Assembly (NCBI GenBank): GCA_965233865.1
Contig: OZ247587.1
Location: forward strand, 96,001 to 160,000
Direction: 5' to 3'
DNA from: Candidatus Neptunichlamydia sp.
Lineage (GTDB): Bacteria; Chlamydiota; Chlamydiia; Chlamydiales; Simkaniaceae
Length of the DNA: 64,000 bases
Made by a program: the position numbers and the translations under genes. How positions within the stretch are numbered: position 1 is the first letter of the stretch; every line of letters starts with the position of its first letter. Under the pieces are notes generated by a model. The model ran no database searches and was not told the DNA's origin. It worked only from the letters and a program-made list of their open reading frames with translations. This document shows positions 20,801 through 29,379 of this stretch, in pieces.

Positions 20801-21286
20801 GAGGATTTTCCAATTATATATATTTCCTGTGTTGATCAGGAAAAAAATAGTGCAGTGAGTCTCAAAGATCAGTGGGAAAGAATCTTGGGAATCAAATGTG
20901 AGATTGAGGTTTCTCCTTGGAACCAGCACTTTCAGAAGTTGAATTTGAGAGATTACCAAGTTGGTTCAATCTACTGGACTTCATGGGTGAATGATCCAAT
21001 CTATACTTTGCAGTCGTACAAGTATGGAAAGGAACGTGTTAATTTCACTGGATGGGAAAGCAAGAAGTTTCAAAGTTATCTGGATGCCTCAGACCGTACA
21101 ATTGATATTGAAAAGAGAAAGGAGTATCTTTTTCAAGCTGAGAAAATGGTTATCGAAGAAGCGATAGTGATTCCTATCTGTTATAGCGTTGATTATATGA
21201 TCAAGGACCCTGATTTGGAGCTAGCACATTCCAGTTCGCATGGAACAGTTGACTTTTCTCAAGCATATTTTTCTCATAAGTTATAG
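17807..21286 (+). CDS. large protein: unknown ~660-aa N-terminal region fused to an OppA-like (family 5 solute-binding) domain
   Basis: C-terminal part has SLDP, LFNGL, WSNGAPVVAFDFEYAWK, NGPF, FNHKKIRRAL; no signal peptide or lipobox. Confidence 0.85.
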   Translation: MEIKALSKQKIERPEDLTIRPAFSFYSRSKNLLAHVKKIQGVLVSVLPSPLPFYDRESLANWVNSSLPYIIWSPFESPPDCVSIYFLIKPLSSIPSEIFISEMIKRWLLPHQETTILSFEHISFTFDHYPKEPLFFGEAKVLIQNKKEANLLKENLPLLKKEIASSILAGRYAKSLLETKALPLDHKTNLIRESFIKLLHRYPDDLDEVIFERLAYMQAYSSKEFRMERSYSHLGRILLSFLSGRSLLAREINVFPEKRHMKIRFLATELSFPFGKKPVLGLSIVVNLFHKYEFFDEKHVLRAVQKFIPDIRIVPGSIYQSSHLNDPIISLYLELEKIDGSSITLDDRKQLKSQLEEELKKRIEHLVPSIFTVRNEEETMRNILMLSRELKSEDDIPQMMISFDQHSQEDLVFTVVLLRVKSEKTPPLQDLLKNANPLIRFVPDRIQNVSYIRKSHPIEANVFRVHMTKLPSFLRMDFSVNLYLAREEVVKFLNSHIGEIRDYNGGMMVKQGELLTQFKRLFQDISQRNQDLLENFFYSLNPIEAQATISLPSISLFFEIFIQAVENEFPRDRSYLLEMGEDENITVVVVRGNNSGLLTLIEEALSDEIIQGRNLVSSSLTFEGSYYLGFLCSDPVKEKHEAFKAIVNKTIKKWKKDQDNLQILKVPYSNFVSLDPRIGGDQDSSVFVKLLFNGLTRISRDGKPKYSVAKSVTVSSDKKTYIFKLQESYWSNGAPVVAFDFEYAWKKVLSPGFVTPFAYVFYPIKNGKKAKEGKVEIEEVGIEAIDERTLKVELENPAPYFIELTANTLYSPVNHQVDQKHPNWSKQKNENFVCNGPFRQVEPSQGYFFNFVKNSKYLMKEDVKLDQILCIRTEMKHAIEMFRQKQLHCLGTNLLQLNHLQVKIEEENITHYLSPKIFWQCFNVNHFPFNHKKIRRALSKAVSRQEIIATHPAKRVPAYTPLPYQLTLCQDADFLIKEDHEGARILFAEALKEIKMKIEDFPIIYISCVDQEKNSAVSLKDQWERILGIKCEIEVSPWNQHFQKLNLRDYQVGSIYWTSWVNDPIYTLQSYKYGKERVNFTGWESKKFQSYLDASDRTIDIEKRKEYLFQAEKMVIEEAIVIPICYSVDYMIKDPDLELAHSSSHGTVDFSQAYFSHKL

Positions 21287-21532
21287 CTGAAGTATTTTAA
21301 ATTGGTTGCTCCTTGAAAAATTCATCTATTTCACATTGATACCTTTGCTCACTGATGCTCAATAGGATTTAGATCAGATGAATAAGGAGGAAGATATTCT
21401 AAATCATGCCCTGCGGCCACGAAACTTTAGTGGAATGATAACTATGGCTGTATTCTTCAATGGGCAATCCTTTGAAGACATTTCCTAGGTATTGAACTAA
21501 TTTCATTAGTTTGTAAGAATATCTTTGCTATA
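21282..21532 (-). mobile_element. internally deleted IS630-family remnant
   Basis: Minus strand reads GHDLEYLPPYSSDLNPIEHQ*AK / YQCEIDEFFKE; TATAGC at both ends in inverted orientation. Confidence 0.75.
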
Positions 21533-21562
21533 ATAACGACCTATTAACCCAAAAGCGTTTTA

Positions 21563-21794
21563 ATGTGAGATATTTATTCTTAAAAAAATCAATAGAACTT
21601 TTCTATTGGCATATTTTGTCTTTTGTTTCAGATAGGGGAGTTGTTAAACATAAGAATGTTCGAATTTTAGTTAATCAAGGTCTGAGTAGACTTGTTTTAT
21701 AAATAGAGGTAGCGGGGGACCTTGCTCTTTTATTGATGAACTTGTTCCTTTTTGCCTAAATTGCTCAACTCAATCTTGCAAACCACTTTCGTAA
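21563..21794 (+). pseudogene. decayed tandem duplicate of the SH2-like gene
   Basis: Nucleotide match to 21926-22291 (..TTTGTTTCAGATAG..GTTAAACATAAGAA..TTTATTGATGAACT..AAACCACTTTCGTAA) with an internal deletion and frameshifts. Confidence 0.85.
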
Positions 21795-21925
21795 TTATTC
21801 TACGTATTTTCATGAAATCGTTAGTTTTTCTCATAAATTATTGAATTAATTTCACTGATTTGTAAAAATGTTTTTCGCTATACCAATAGCCTGTGAACCA
21901 ACAAAGTATCCAAAGTGGGGTATTT

Positions 21926-22291
21926 ATGATTACAAAAATACAATCTAAAAGAAGTAGAAGAACTTTTCTATCAGATGTTTCACATCTAGAAAAGCAAATT
22001 AAAGGTCATTTAGCATGGAGAGGAGATATTTCTCTGATCGAAGCTGCAGACCTTCTAAAGGCTGAAATGCCGTTCACCTTTATTCTATCAAGCGGTTTCG
22101 ACAAAAATCATTATATTTTGTCGTTTGTTTCAGATAGCGGTGGTGTTAAACATAAGAACGTTCGGATTTTAGTTCATCAAGGGCAAACCTGTTTTATGAA
22201 TGGAGGTAGTTCGGGACCTTGCAAATTTATTGATGAACTCATTCCATCCTGCCTAAATTGTTCAACTCAAGTTTGTAAACCACTTTCGTAA
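21926..22291 (+). CDS. small SH2-domain-like protein
   Basis: AWRGDISLIEAADLLK...TFILS...HYILSFV...VKHKNVRI follows the SH2 pattern W-x-G-x-I-S-x-x-E-A-x-x-L-L / FLVR / Y-x-L-S / V-K-H. Confidence 0.65.
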   Translation: MITKIQSKRSRRTFLSDVSHLEKQIKGHLAWRGDISLIEAADLLKAEMPFTFILSSGFDKNHYILSFVSDSGGVKHKNVRILVHQGQTCFMNGGSSGPCKFIDELIPSCLNCSTQVCKPLS

Positions 22292-22300
22292 TTGTTCTTT

Positions 22301-22334
22301 AATCCCTCTTGTTTATCTGCAAGGGGGGTTTTTT
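22301..22334 (+). terminator. rho-independent terminator
   Basis: AATCCCTCTTG-loop-CAAGGGGGGTT plus T-run, between convergent genes. Confidence 0.7.
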
Positions 22335-22340
22335 ATAGGC

Positions 22341-23750
22341 TCAGGGATTGAGGAGTTTGATGCGGATTAATTGAGGACCAAGTCGTCTATACGGTTCTTT
22401 GAAGAAGCGGAAGATAAATATAACTCCAATTAAAGCTGAATTGAGGCCTTCAATCAAGAAGAACTTTGGTGGGGACATCCCAAGGTTTTGTATCCCAATG
22501 AAGATAGGGATGCACAGGGTTATCCACTGAATAGTCATACACCACGCATAAAATACGGTATCTCGAGCTGCAGTGACCATGCTGGCTCCAATACGGTTGA
22601 TTCCGCCTCCAATAATGGCAACCCAGACCCAGATGCAACACTCTTTTAGGAACTGTAGAGATTGAGGTGAAATTGGATCTTTAACGAAGAGAAGGATCAT
22701 TGGTTCCCTGAAAATTAAAAGAGGAATAGCAAGCACTGTGGCCATAGCGATAATAAAATATATTGCAGAACGAAGACTTTTTTTGAAAAGGTGGGAGGAA
22801 TTTCTGGCGAGTGCGTATGAATTAAAAGTCAGAAGTGCTTGGGCCATCCCCTCGTTTATGAAACTTAGAATGACGAACACGGTAAGGCCAAAAGAGTGGA
22901 CGAGTAAATAGTCGCCCCCTTTTTGAATTACGAAGTAAGTTGCAACAGTCCAGGCGCCTACAGCAAGAGACCTTCCAAAAGATCTAGGAATCCCCGTCTT
23001 TAATCCTTCCCAAAACAGAGGAAGATTAAATTTCCATTGGTTTGTGGAAAATAGAAGGGCATATTTTTTTTGTTTAAACAGGAGGAATAGAACTAGACAG
23101 TATGTTCCTTGGGAAATGACCGTAGCTATTGCTGCTCCTTGAACACCAAAAGAGGGGATTAAGTCCTCAACTCCAAAGATGAGAATATAATCAAGTAGCA
23201 TATTTAAGAATTGGATTGCCAAGTTTGTGAAAAGGATAATGCTATTCTTTCCTCGACCCATATAAAACGATGCAAGTGTTGCACCCAAAGGGTAAAGAAA
23301 ATTTGCAACGGCAATAATGTGGAAGTAGCTTTTGGCGGGGTCCTCAACTTCTATTCCTTTCAGATAGACGTTGCCCATCATAAACAAGGGGGAAGTAATG
23401 AGAATCGTGAATAAAGAGAAATAAATCATCTGCCAGATAAAGGGCCCAATCATTTTTTCTTTTTTGGCACCTTTATAGTGCCCTACAAAGGCTTGGGAAA
23501 TAGAGGCAATAATAATGAGGCCTAGTTGAGGCAAATACAAAAGGTTCATCGCCGAGCAACAGGCCTTCCATGCGTCTTGAGAAAAGTGGGAGAGCATGAA
23601 GCGATCTGTGAGGTTAAGTAGGCTAGCTGAAAATGTTGTTAGGATAAGAGGGAATGCTAGTGCAAAGAGTTCAGGTAGACTCGCCATAGGATGCTTAGTA
23701 AGCTGATTGGACGAAGGGCTATTTGCTTCAACGGAGGTCATTGACACCAT
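22341..23750 (-). CDS. MATE family efflux transporter
   Basis: LAFPLIL...DRFML; NMLLDYILIFG...GVQGAAIATVISQ. Confidence 0.92.
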   Translation of the reverse strand: MVSMTSVEANSPSSNQLTKHPMASLPELFALAFPLILTTFSASLLNLTDRFMLSHFSQDAWKACCSAMNLLYLPQLGLIIIASISQAFVGHYKGAKKEKMIGPFIWQMIYFSLFTILITSPLFMMGNVYLKGIEVEDPAKSYFHIIAVANFLYPLGATLASFYMGRGKNSIILFTNLAIQFLNMLLDYILIFGVEDLIPSFGVQGAAIATVISQGTYCLVLFLLFKQKKYALLFSTNQWKFNLPLFWEGLKTGIPRSFGRSLAVGAWTVATYFVIQKGGDYLLVHSFGLTVFVILSFINEGMAQALLTFNSYALARNSSHLFKKSLRSAIYFIIAMATVLAIPLLIFREPMILLFVKDPISPQSLQFLKECCIWVWVAIIGGGINRIGASMVTAARDTVFYAWCMTIQWITLCIPIFIGIQNLGMSPPKFFLIEGLNSALIGVIFIFRFFKEPYRRLGPQLIRIKLLNP

Positions 23751-23845
23751 AAAAAAAGTTTTTTCTCGGATATCACTTTTGAGATTGAATGAAAGTTAGC
23801 AGTCTTGTAGATTTATCGCGAGGATTTTTTTTAAAATGTGTGTTC

Positions 23846-25387
23846 ATGAACTTGAAGTCAATTATTTTCCTTTTAATACTTGGACTTTCTTTGATCAGTG
23901 GGTGTAAAAAAAGGGACAGGGAGCCTAGTCCTCGCTATTTGCGTCTTTGTTTAGATAGGCCTATTAAATCCTTAGACCCTCATATTGGGACGGCAAATCC
24001 TTCAGTTCATGTGATTAAAATGCTCTACGAAGGACTTATGATTCGTTCTGAGGGTGGCGAGATCGAAAGAGGTCTCGCAGAGAGTTACTCTATTTCGGAT
24101 GATAAGTTAACCTATATTTTTTGTCTTAAATCAACAAAGTGGTCTAATGGAGAGCCTGTGACTGCCTATGACTTTGAGTATTCTTGGAAAAAAGCAGTTT
24201 ATTCTCAACACTATGGAGCCCTTCTCTTCAGTCCAATTAAAAATGCTGGTCTTTGCAATGAGGGGAAATGTCACAGATCAGAGCTGGGAGTTCGCGCTCT
24301 TGATGAGCAGACATTAGAAGTGTTGCTTGAACATCCTGCTCCCTATTTTTTAGAACTTACTTCTTGTGTCAACTTTTCACCAATCAATAGAAAAAATAAA
24401 GAAATAACGAACGGCCCCTTTGTTCTAAAGACGTGGAATATGGGAGAATCTCTTATTCTCGAAAAAAACCTAAATTATTGGGGAGCTTCTCGAATTGATT
24501 TGCTTGGGGTAGATATTAAAATTATTGAGAATCAATCCGTAAGGCATGATTTTTTTGAAAAAGGATTAATTGATTGGATTGGAGATCCATTGGCTCCTTT
24601 ATCCTCTGATGCCATAGAGTCAAGAAAGCTAGAAGATCAAGTGATGAGTGTACCTTTAAATGGGATGAACCTTCTCGTTTTTAATACAGAAAAACATCCT
24701 TTCGACAACAAAAACCTAAGAAAGGCTCTGTCTTTTGCTATTTCGAGAAAAAATATGTCAAACCAGCTTTTTATGAAGAGCAAGCTTCCTGCTTTAGGAT
24801 TGGTTACTGAAGGAGAAAACAATTATATCAAAGATGGAGACCATGTGAGTGCACAGCTCCTTTTTAATTCAGCTCTTGCGGAGCTTGGATTGACTAAGGA
24901 AACATTTCCAGAAGTTATCCTCAGCTACTGTCCCACTTTATATCAGCCATCTATTATGCATATGATTCAGCAGGACTGGGAATCTATTCTAGGGATTCGT
25001 ATAAAGTTAGACCCTGTTGACAAGGGACTTCTTTATAATCAAATGTTAAAAGGGGAGTACCAAATTGGGAGCATGTTTTGGTTTTCGATAATTCGTGATC
25101 CTATATACACTCTAGACTTTCTTAGACCTACCGATCGAAAAATCAACATTTCGAGATGGAAAGATCGTTCGTATCTTAGCATGTTAAAAGCAATTGATCA
25201 TGAAGTGGATTTGAATAAGCGTAATAGGCTTTTAGAAGAGGCTGAAGCGCACGTCATGGAAGAGATGCCTGTGATTCCTATTTGTTTTGGTTCAGCGCTT
25301 TATATGAAGCAACCAACTCTTTCAAACATAGGAATTTCACCCTTTATGGATGTGAATATTACAAATGCAACCCTTGAGAAAGAATGA
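23846..25387 (+). CDS. oppA: OppA-family peptide ABC substrate-binding lipoprotein
   Basis: Lipobox ISGC; SLDP, YEGL, WSNGEPVTAYDFEYSWK. Confidence 0.9.
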   Translation: MNLKSIIFLLILGLSLISGCKKRDREPSPRYLRLCLDRPIKSLDPHIGTANPSVHVIKMLYEGLMIRSEGGEIERGLAESYSISDDKLTYIFCLKSTKWSNGEPVTAYDFEYSWKKAVYSQHYGALLFSPIKNAGLCNEGKCHRSELGVRALDEQTLEVLLEHPAPYFLELTSCVNFSPINRKNKEITNGPFVLKTWNMGESLILEKNLNYWGASRIDLLGVDIKIIENQSVRHDFFEKGLIDWIGDPLAPLSSDAIESRKLEDQVMSVPLNGMNLLVFNTEKHPFDNKNLRKALSFAISRKNMSNQLFMKSKLPALGLVTEGENNYIKDGDHVSAQLLFNSALAELGLTKETFPEVILSYCPTLYQPSIMHMIQQDWESILGIRIKLDPVDKGLLYNQMLKGEYQIGSMFWFSIIRDPIYTLDFLRPTDRKINISRWKDRSYLSMLKAIDHEVDLNKRNRLLEEAEAHVMEEMPVIPICFGSALYMKQPTLSNIGISPFMDVNITNATLEKE

Positions 25388-26970
25388 AAAAATATCTATT
25401 AGTTTTTCTTGTCATTCCTTTTCTTTTCTCCTGCAAGAAGAAAGAGAATAAGGACAATGAAAACCGTATGGTTAACTTATCGATTATTGCTCCTATTCGT
25501 TCCCTAGATCCTCGAGTTTCTAATGAGTCACCTTGTACTCACGTGATTACGATGCTTTTTGAAGGATTGATGCGACTAGGTCCGAATGGAGACATTCTTC
25601 CAGGTGTGGCAGAATCAGTTGATATTTCAGACGATCAGTGCACCTATATTTTTCATTTAAGGGATTCTTTCTGGTCGAATGGAGATCCTGTGACAGCCTG
25701 CGACTTTGAATATGCGTGGAAAAAGTCTGTAGATCCAAAAACTGCACAGAATGGTGCAGTTACATTCTATGCCATAAAAAATGTAGAAGCTTGCCTGACA
25801 AAAAAGGCTACAATTGACGATGTTGGTATCCAAGCTTTAGATGATTATACTCTTGAGGTGCAGTTAGAGCACCCGGCTCCTTACTTTCTATACCTTTGTG
25901 CAAGTTCGACGTATTCGCCTATCCATAAGAAGTTTGATATGGACGATCATCAGTGGGCAAATAGTGTTAATCCCCATTTTGTTTGTAATGGCCCATTTGT
26001 TATCACAAGATGGAAAAAAGATGCTGAAATCGTTGTCGAGAAAAATTCCTATTTCTGGGATGCAGAACTTGTTGCAATTCCTGGAATTCAGATTCAAATG
26101 ATTTCTGATTCAAACACTCAAAGCTTCCTATTCGAGAAAGGGGAATTGGACTGGTTTGGGCAACCTTTCAACTCTATACCAAGAGATATGGTTGGTGATA
26201 ATAAACACAAAAAACAAGCTACGATCATTGATGCATATGGTCTCTTTTGGTTCTTTTTGAATACTGAAAAACCTCCATTCAATAATAAGAATTTCCGTAA
26301 GGCTGTTGCTTATGCTCTAGATCGCAGGTCTATGGCTCAGCATGTCTTTCAACTTGGTGAGGAACCCGCAATGGGAATTCTCAATAAGGAAATTTCTGTG
26401 CAAGATGCTCCTTATTTTGAAGATTGCAATATTGAGCTTGCAAAAGAGTATTTTACGAAAGCTCTTGATGAGATGGGCCTGACTATAGAGACTCTTCCAA
26501 TAGTCCGGATGAGCCAAAGGAGCTGCCTCTTTACCTCTAGAGTGACCCAGGTTGTTCAAGAACAGCTTAGAAAAAACTTGGGGATCCATGTTGAGATTGA
26601 ACATGCCGATTGGCCTGTTCATTTTGTCCGTATTCAAAGAGGTGATTACGAGATAGGAGAGATGCCTTGGCACTCTTGGTTGAAGGATCCCATTTACATG
26701 CTTGATACCTTCCGAAGCAAGAGCTTAGCAATTAATATGAGTCGTTGGGAACACCCTCACTATAAAGAGCTTCTTATACTTGCAGATTTTGAGACAAATC
26801 CTACTCAGAGAAAAGAGTACTTGCATCAAGCAGAAAAACTTCTTATGGAAGAGATGCCCATTATTCCCGTATGCTATACCAAACTATACTATCTAAGTAA
26901 CCCCCATCTTAAAGGGGTATACCTGTCTCCTCTTAAAGAAATCGAATTCCGCTACGCATACTTCGAGTAG
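25384..26970 (+). CDS. oppA: OppA-family peptide ABC substrate-binding lipoprotein
   Basis: Lipobox LFSC; SLDP, FEGL, WSNGDPVTACDFEYAWK. Confidence 0.9.
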   Translation: MKKYLLVFLVIPFLFSCKKKENKDNENRMVNLSIIAPIRSLDPRVSNESPCTHVITMLFEGLMRLGPNGDILPGVAESVDISDDQCTYIFHLRDSFWSNGDPVTACDFEYAWKKSVDPKTAQNGAVTFYAIKNVEACLTKKATIDDVGIQALDDYTLEVQLEHPAPYFLYLCASSTYSPIHKKFDMDDHQWANSVNPHFVCNGPFVITRWKKDAEIVVEKNSYFWDAELVAIPGIQIQMISDSNTQSFLFEKGELDWFGQPFNSIPRDMVGDNKHKKQATIIDAYGLFWFFLNTEKPPFNNKNFRKAVAYALDRRSMAQHVFQLGEEPAMGILNKEISVQDAPYFEDCNIELAKEYFTKALDEMGLTIETLPIVRMSQRSCLFTSRVTQVVQEQLRKNLGIHVEIEHADWPVHFVRIQRGDYEIGEMPWHSWLKDPIYMLDTFRSKSLAINMSRWEHPHYKELLILADFETNPTQRKEYLHQAEKLLMEEMPIIPVCYTKLYYLSNPHLKGVYLSPLKEIEFRYAYFE

Positions 26971-29375
26971 CCAAGAAGATGGAGGAGGGGGGTAGCAACG
27001 TCGCGTCGATGGCCTTTGAATGGGTAAGCATGGATATAGAGGACTGGGTTATAGTTGAGTTCAATAATGGCATATGACTTAGAGGTAGGCGCTTTTTTTG
27101 GTTTGGACACCACCATGTCCACTCCACAGATCTTTGCATCGATTGCATGGGTTGCTTGAAGAGCGATTTGGAAGTATCCAGGGTGAATTTTGTCTGTGAC
27201 ATCATGTGCATCGCCTCCGGTTGAAACATTGGAATTATGGCGCAGGAAGATTTCTTCCCCCTTTTTAGGAGTGCTTTTCTGTGTGAGTCTCTGCTGTTTA
27301 AGGTTCTTTTTCTCTTCTGGTCCAAGGCGTAGAAAGGTTTTAGGATCGCGATAATAGGAAGGATCATGATTTTTTGAGTGAACTAGGGATTGGATTGTTG
27401 ATGCTCCATCTCCAACAACATGGGAAGGAATTCTTTTTACTACTCCGATACATTTTCCATCAATAATGAGAAAACGGTACTCATCTCCTGGGCAAAATTC
27501 TTCAATTAATACAGAAGGACCGTAAGAAAACCCTTGTTTAAGGGCGCGGTAGGCCTCCTTCTCATCATGGGGATCGATAATGAAAACCCCTAGGCCAAAA
27601 TTGGTCGATTTAGGTTTAATCACACTCTTTTTTTTGAGATAGTGGGGCAGGTCAATCTTTGCAGCATCGATGGAGGTGTAGCTCTTTCCTTCAGGAACAC
27701 GTAGGTTTTTTCTTTTAAGAATCTCTTTTGTAATCTGCTTGTTTTCTATAAGATGGGCAACAATATAGGAGTCTTTAGAGGTCTTTGTCGCTTCTTTCAC
27801 ATACTCGATGTGTCCCTCTTTTTCAAGACGGAGTAGTTGATCCGTGCGATCGAGGACTTCGACATTAATGTTCCACTCTAGGGCTTTTTGGATTAGAATT
27901 TGGGTTGAGAGTTCAAGATCTTCATACCCATCAACAAGAATAGATGCTGCAGTCTCAAGTTTTTGATTTTCAATTCGTGAGTCAATGACTTGTTTTTCAA
28001 AGTGTTTAAGTTGCTTTGAAGCAAGAGAAGTTGAAAGAAGAGTCTTTTTATGGCTTTTAGCAAGTTTTACTCCAAGGTGTTGATAGGTTGAGTGATTCAA
28101 ACTTTCTGCAATAAGTGCAGAAGGTGTTAGAGACGCATTTTTCACTTTCTCCTTTTGGAGGTTAAGATTTTTCTCCTTTCCAAGAAGCTTAGCAATAGGT
28201 TCCATAGATTTGAAGATTCTCATGCCCCAATTTTCTAGAGAGATCTCATTCTTTTCGCGGAGAATCAAACCCTTTTTTCTCCCTTCAAGAGCGACCTTAT
28301 TCTGGTTACAAGTGAGGCAAATCTGACACTGCTTTGAAAGAAGAGGAGCTCTTTTATTCATGCAGTAGAGAAGGAAGCAGTGAAGAAAATCAATTTGCTC
28401 GGCTGTAATTCCAGCGGGATGATAGGGATCAAGGTCAATTGTTCGTACTTCGATATACTCAATCCCTCGACTCTGCAAAGCTTCTAGGGGAGATTCTCCG
28501 TTTTTCGAATTTGCTTTAGGGCGGATCCTCGAATAATGCTCATTTTCGATTTGCAAAATATGGTTGTTTAGTTGTGAAGGGATCGAGAAGTACTCCTCCT
28601 TCGGCGTCGAGATAGCAGTTCGCATTTCCTCAATGTATTCATCTAAGGAATTCAAAGAGATGGCGAGTTGATTTTGAACTCGACTATAATACCCAAGATG
28701 GCTGGTTCGAATAGAAGTGGCGTGAGGGCCAACAAAGGCTTCCCCAATCTTTTGAAATCCTTTAGGTAAATCTATATAGCTAAGATCTACTGCAGGTGAG
28801 GCTCCAAAGAGATAAGACAATAGCCATCCTTCACGCAGAAAATTACGAATCAACCCTAAATATTTTTCATTGATAAATTCCTGAATCGGAAGAGAAGACT
28901 TTTCGTGTGTATGGAGTTTTTCCCAAAAGGGGAGGTCAAATGAGAAATTAAAGTGAATTCCTGAGATCATTTGAAGGTTCATCCCATACCGATCTCTTAG
29001 TCCTTCGCGATAAATTTCTTTTTTTCTTCCTGCATGGGAAGAGCCATAGTGCGCAATTTGAATTTTGTCTAAACAAGGAGGCATTGAAAAAGGCCAGAAG
29101 AGTTCCTTTGGATTTTTTTTAAGAGAAAAATGCACAAGATCTTCTAAAAATTTCTGTGCATCGCGAAAGGAAGTTTTGGGAGGGGTATTCCACTCCAACT
29201 GTTGTTCTCCAAAATCGGTATTGACATGCGGATGTGTCAGCGGAGAGCCAAACGATTTTGGATGAGGGCATCTTGAAATGTTGCCGTTAGAATCTATGCG
29301 AAGAGATTCCCGTTCCAATCCAAAATGAAACGCATCTAAGAGTTTTCGATTTTTCTTTAGAAATTCGAGGTTCAT
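26952..29375 (-). CDS. gshAB: bifunctional glutamate-cysteine ligase/glutathione synthetase (GshF/GshAB)
   Basis: GLERESLR, TDFGEQQLE, WPFSMPP, MISGIHFN, YIEVRTID; ATP-grasp part LELSTQIL, KPKSTNFGLG, NSNVSTGGD, IIELNYNP. Confidence 0.93.
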   Translation of the reverse strand: MNLEFLKKNRKLLDAFHFGLERESLRIDSNGNISRCPHPKSFGSPLTHPHVNTDFGEQQLEWNTPPKTSFRDAQKFLEDLVHFSLKKNPKELFWPFSMPPCLDKIQIAHYGSSHAGRKKEIYREGLRDRYGMNLQMISGIHFNFSFDLPFWEKLHTHEKSSLPIQEFINEKYLGLIRNFLREGWLLSYLFGASPAVDLSYIDLPKGFQKIGEAFVGPHATSIRTSHLGYYSRVQNQLAISLNSLDEYIEEMRTAISTPKEEYFSIPSQLNNHILQIENEHYSRIRPKANSKNGESPLEALQSRGIEYIEVRTIDLDPYHPAGITAEQIDFLHCFLLYCMNKRAPLLSKQCQICLTCNQNKVALEGRKKGLILREKNEISLENWGMRIFKSMEPIAKLLGKEKNLNLQKEKVKNASLTPSALIAESLNHSTYQHLGVKLAKSHKKTLLSTSLASKQLKHFEKQVIDSRIENQKLETAASILVDGYEDLELSTQILIQKALEWNINVEVLDRTDQLLRLEKEGHIEYVKEATKTSKDSYIVAHLIENKQITKEILKRKNLRVPEGKSYTSIDAAKIDLPHYLKKKSVIKPKSTNFGLGVFIIDPHDEKEAYRALKQGFSYGPSVLIEEFCPGDEYRFLIIDGKCIGVVKRIPSHVVGDGASTIQSLVHSKNHDPSYYRDPKTFLRLGPEEKKNLKQQRLTQKSTPKKGEEIFLRHNSNVSTGGDAHDVTDKIHPGYFQIALQATHAIDAKICGVDMVVSKPKKAPTSKSYAIIELNYNPVLYIHAYPFKGHRRDVATPLLHLLGYSKYA

Positions 29376-29379
29376 ACCC

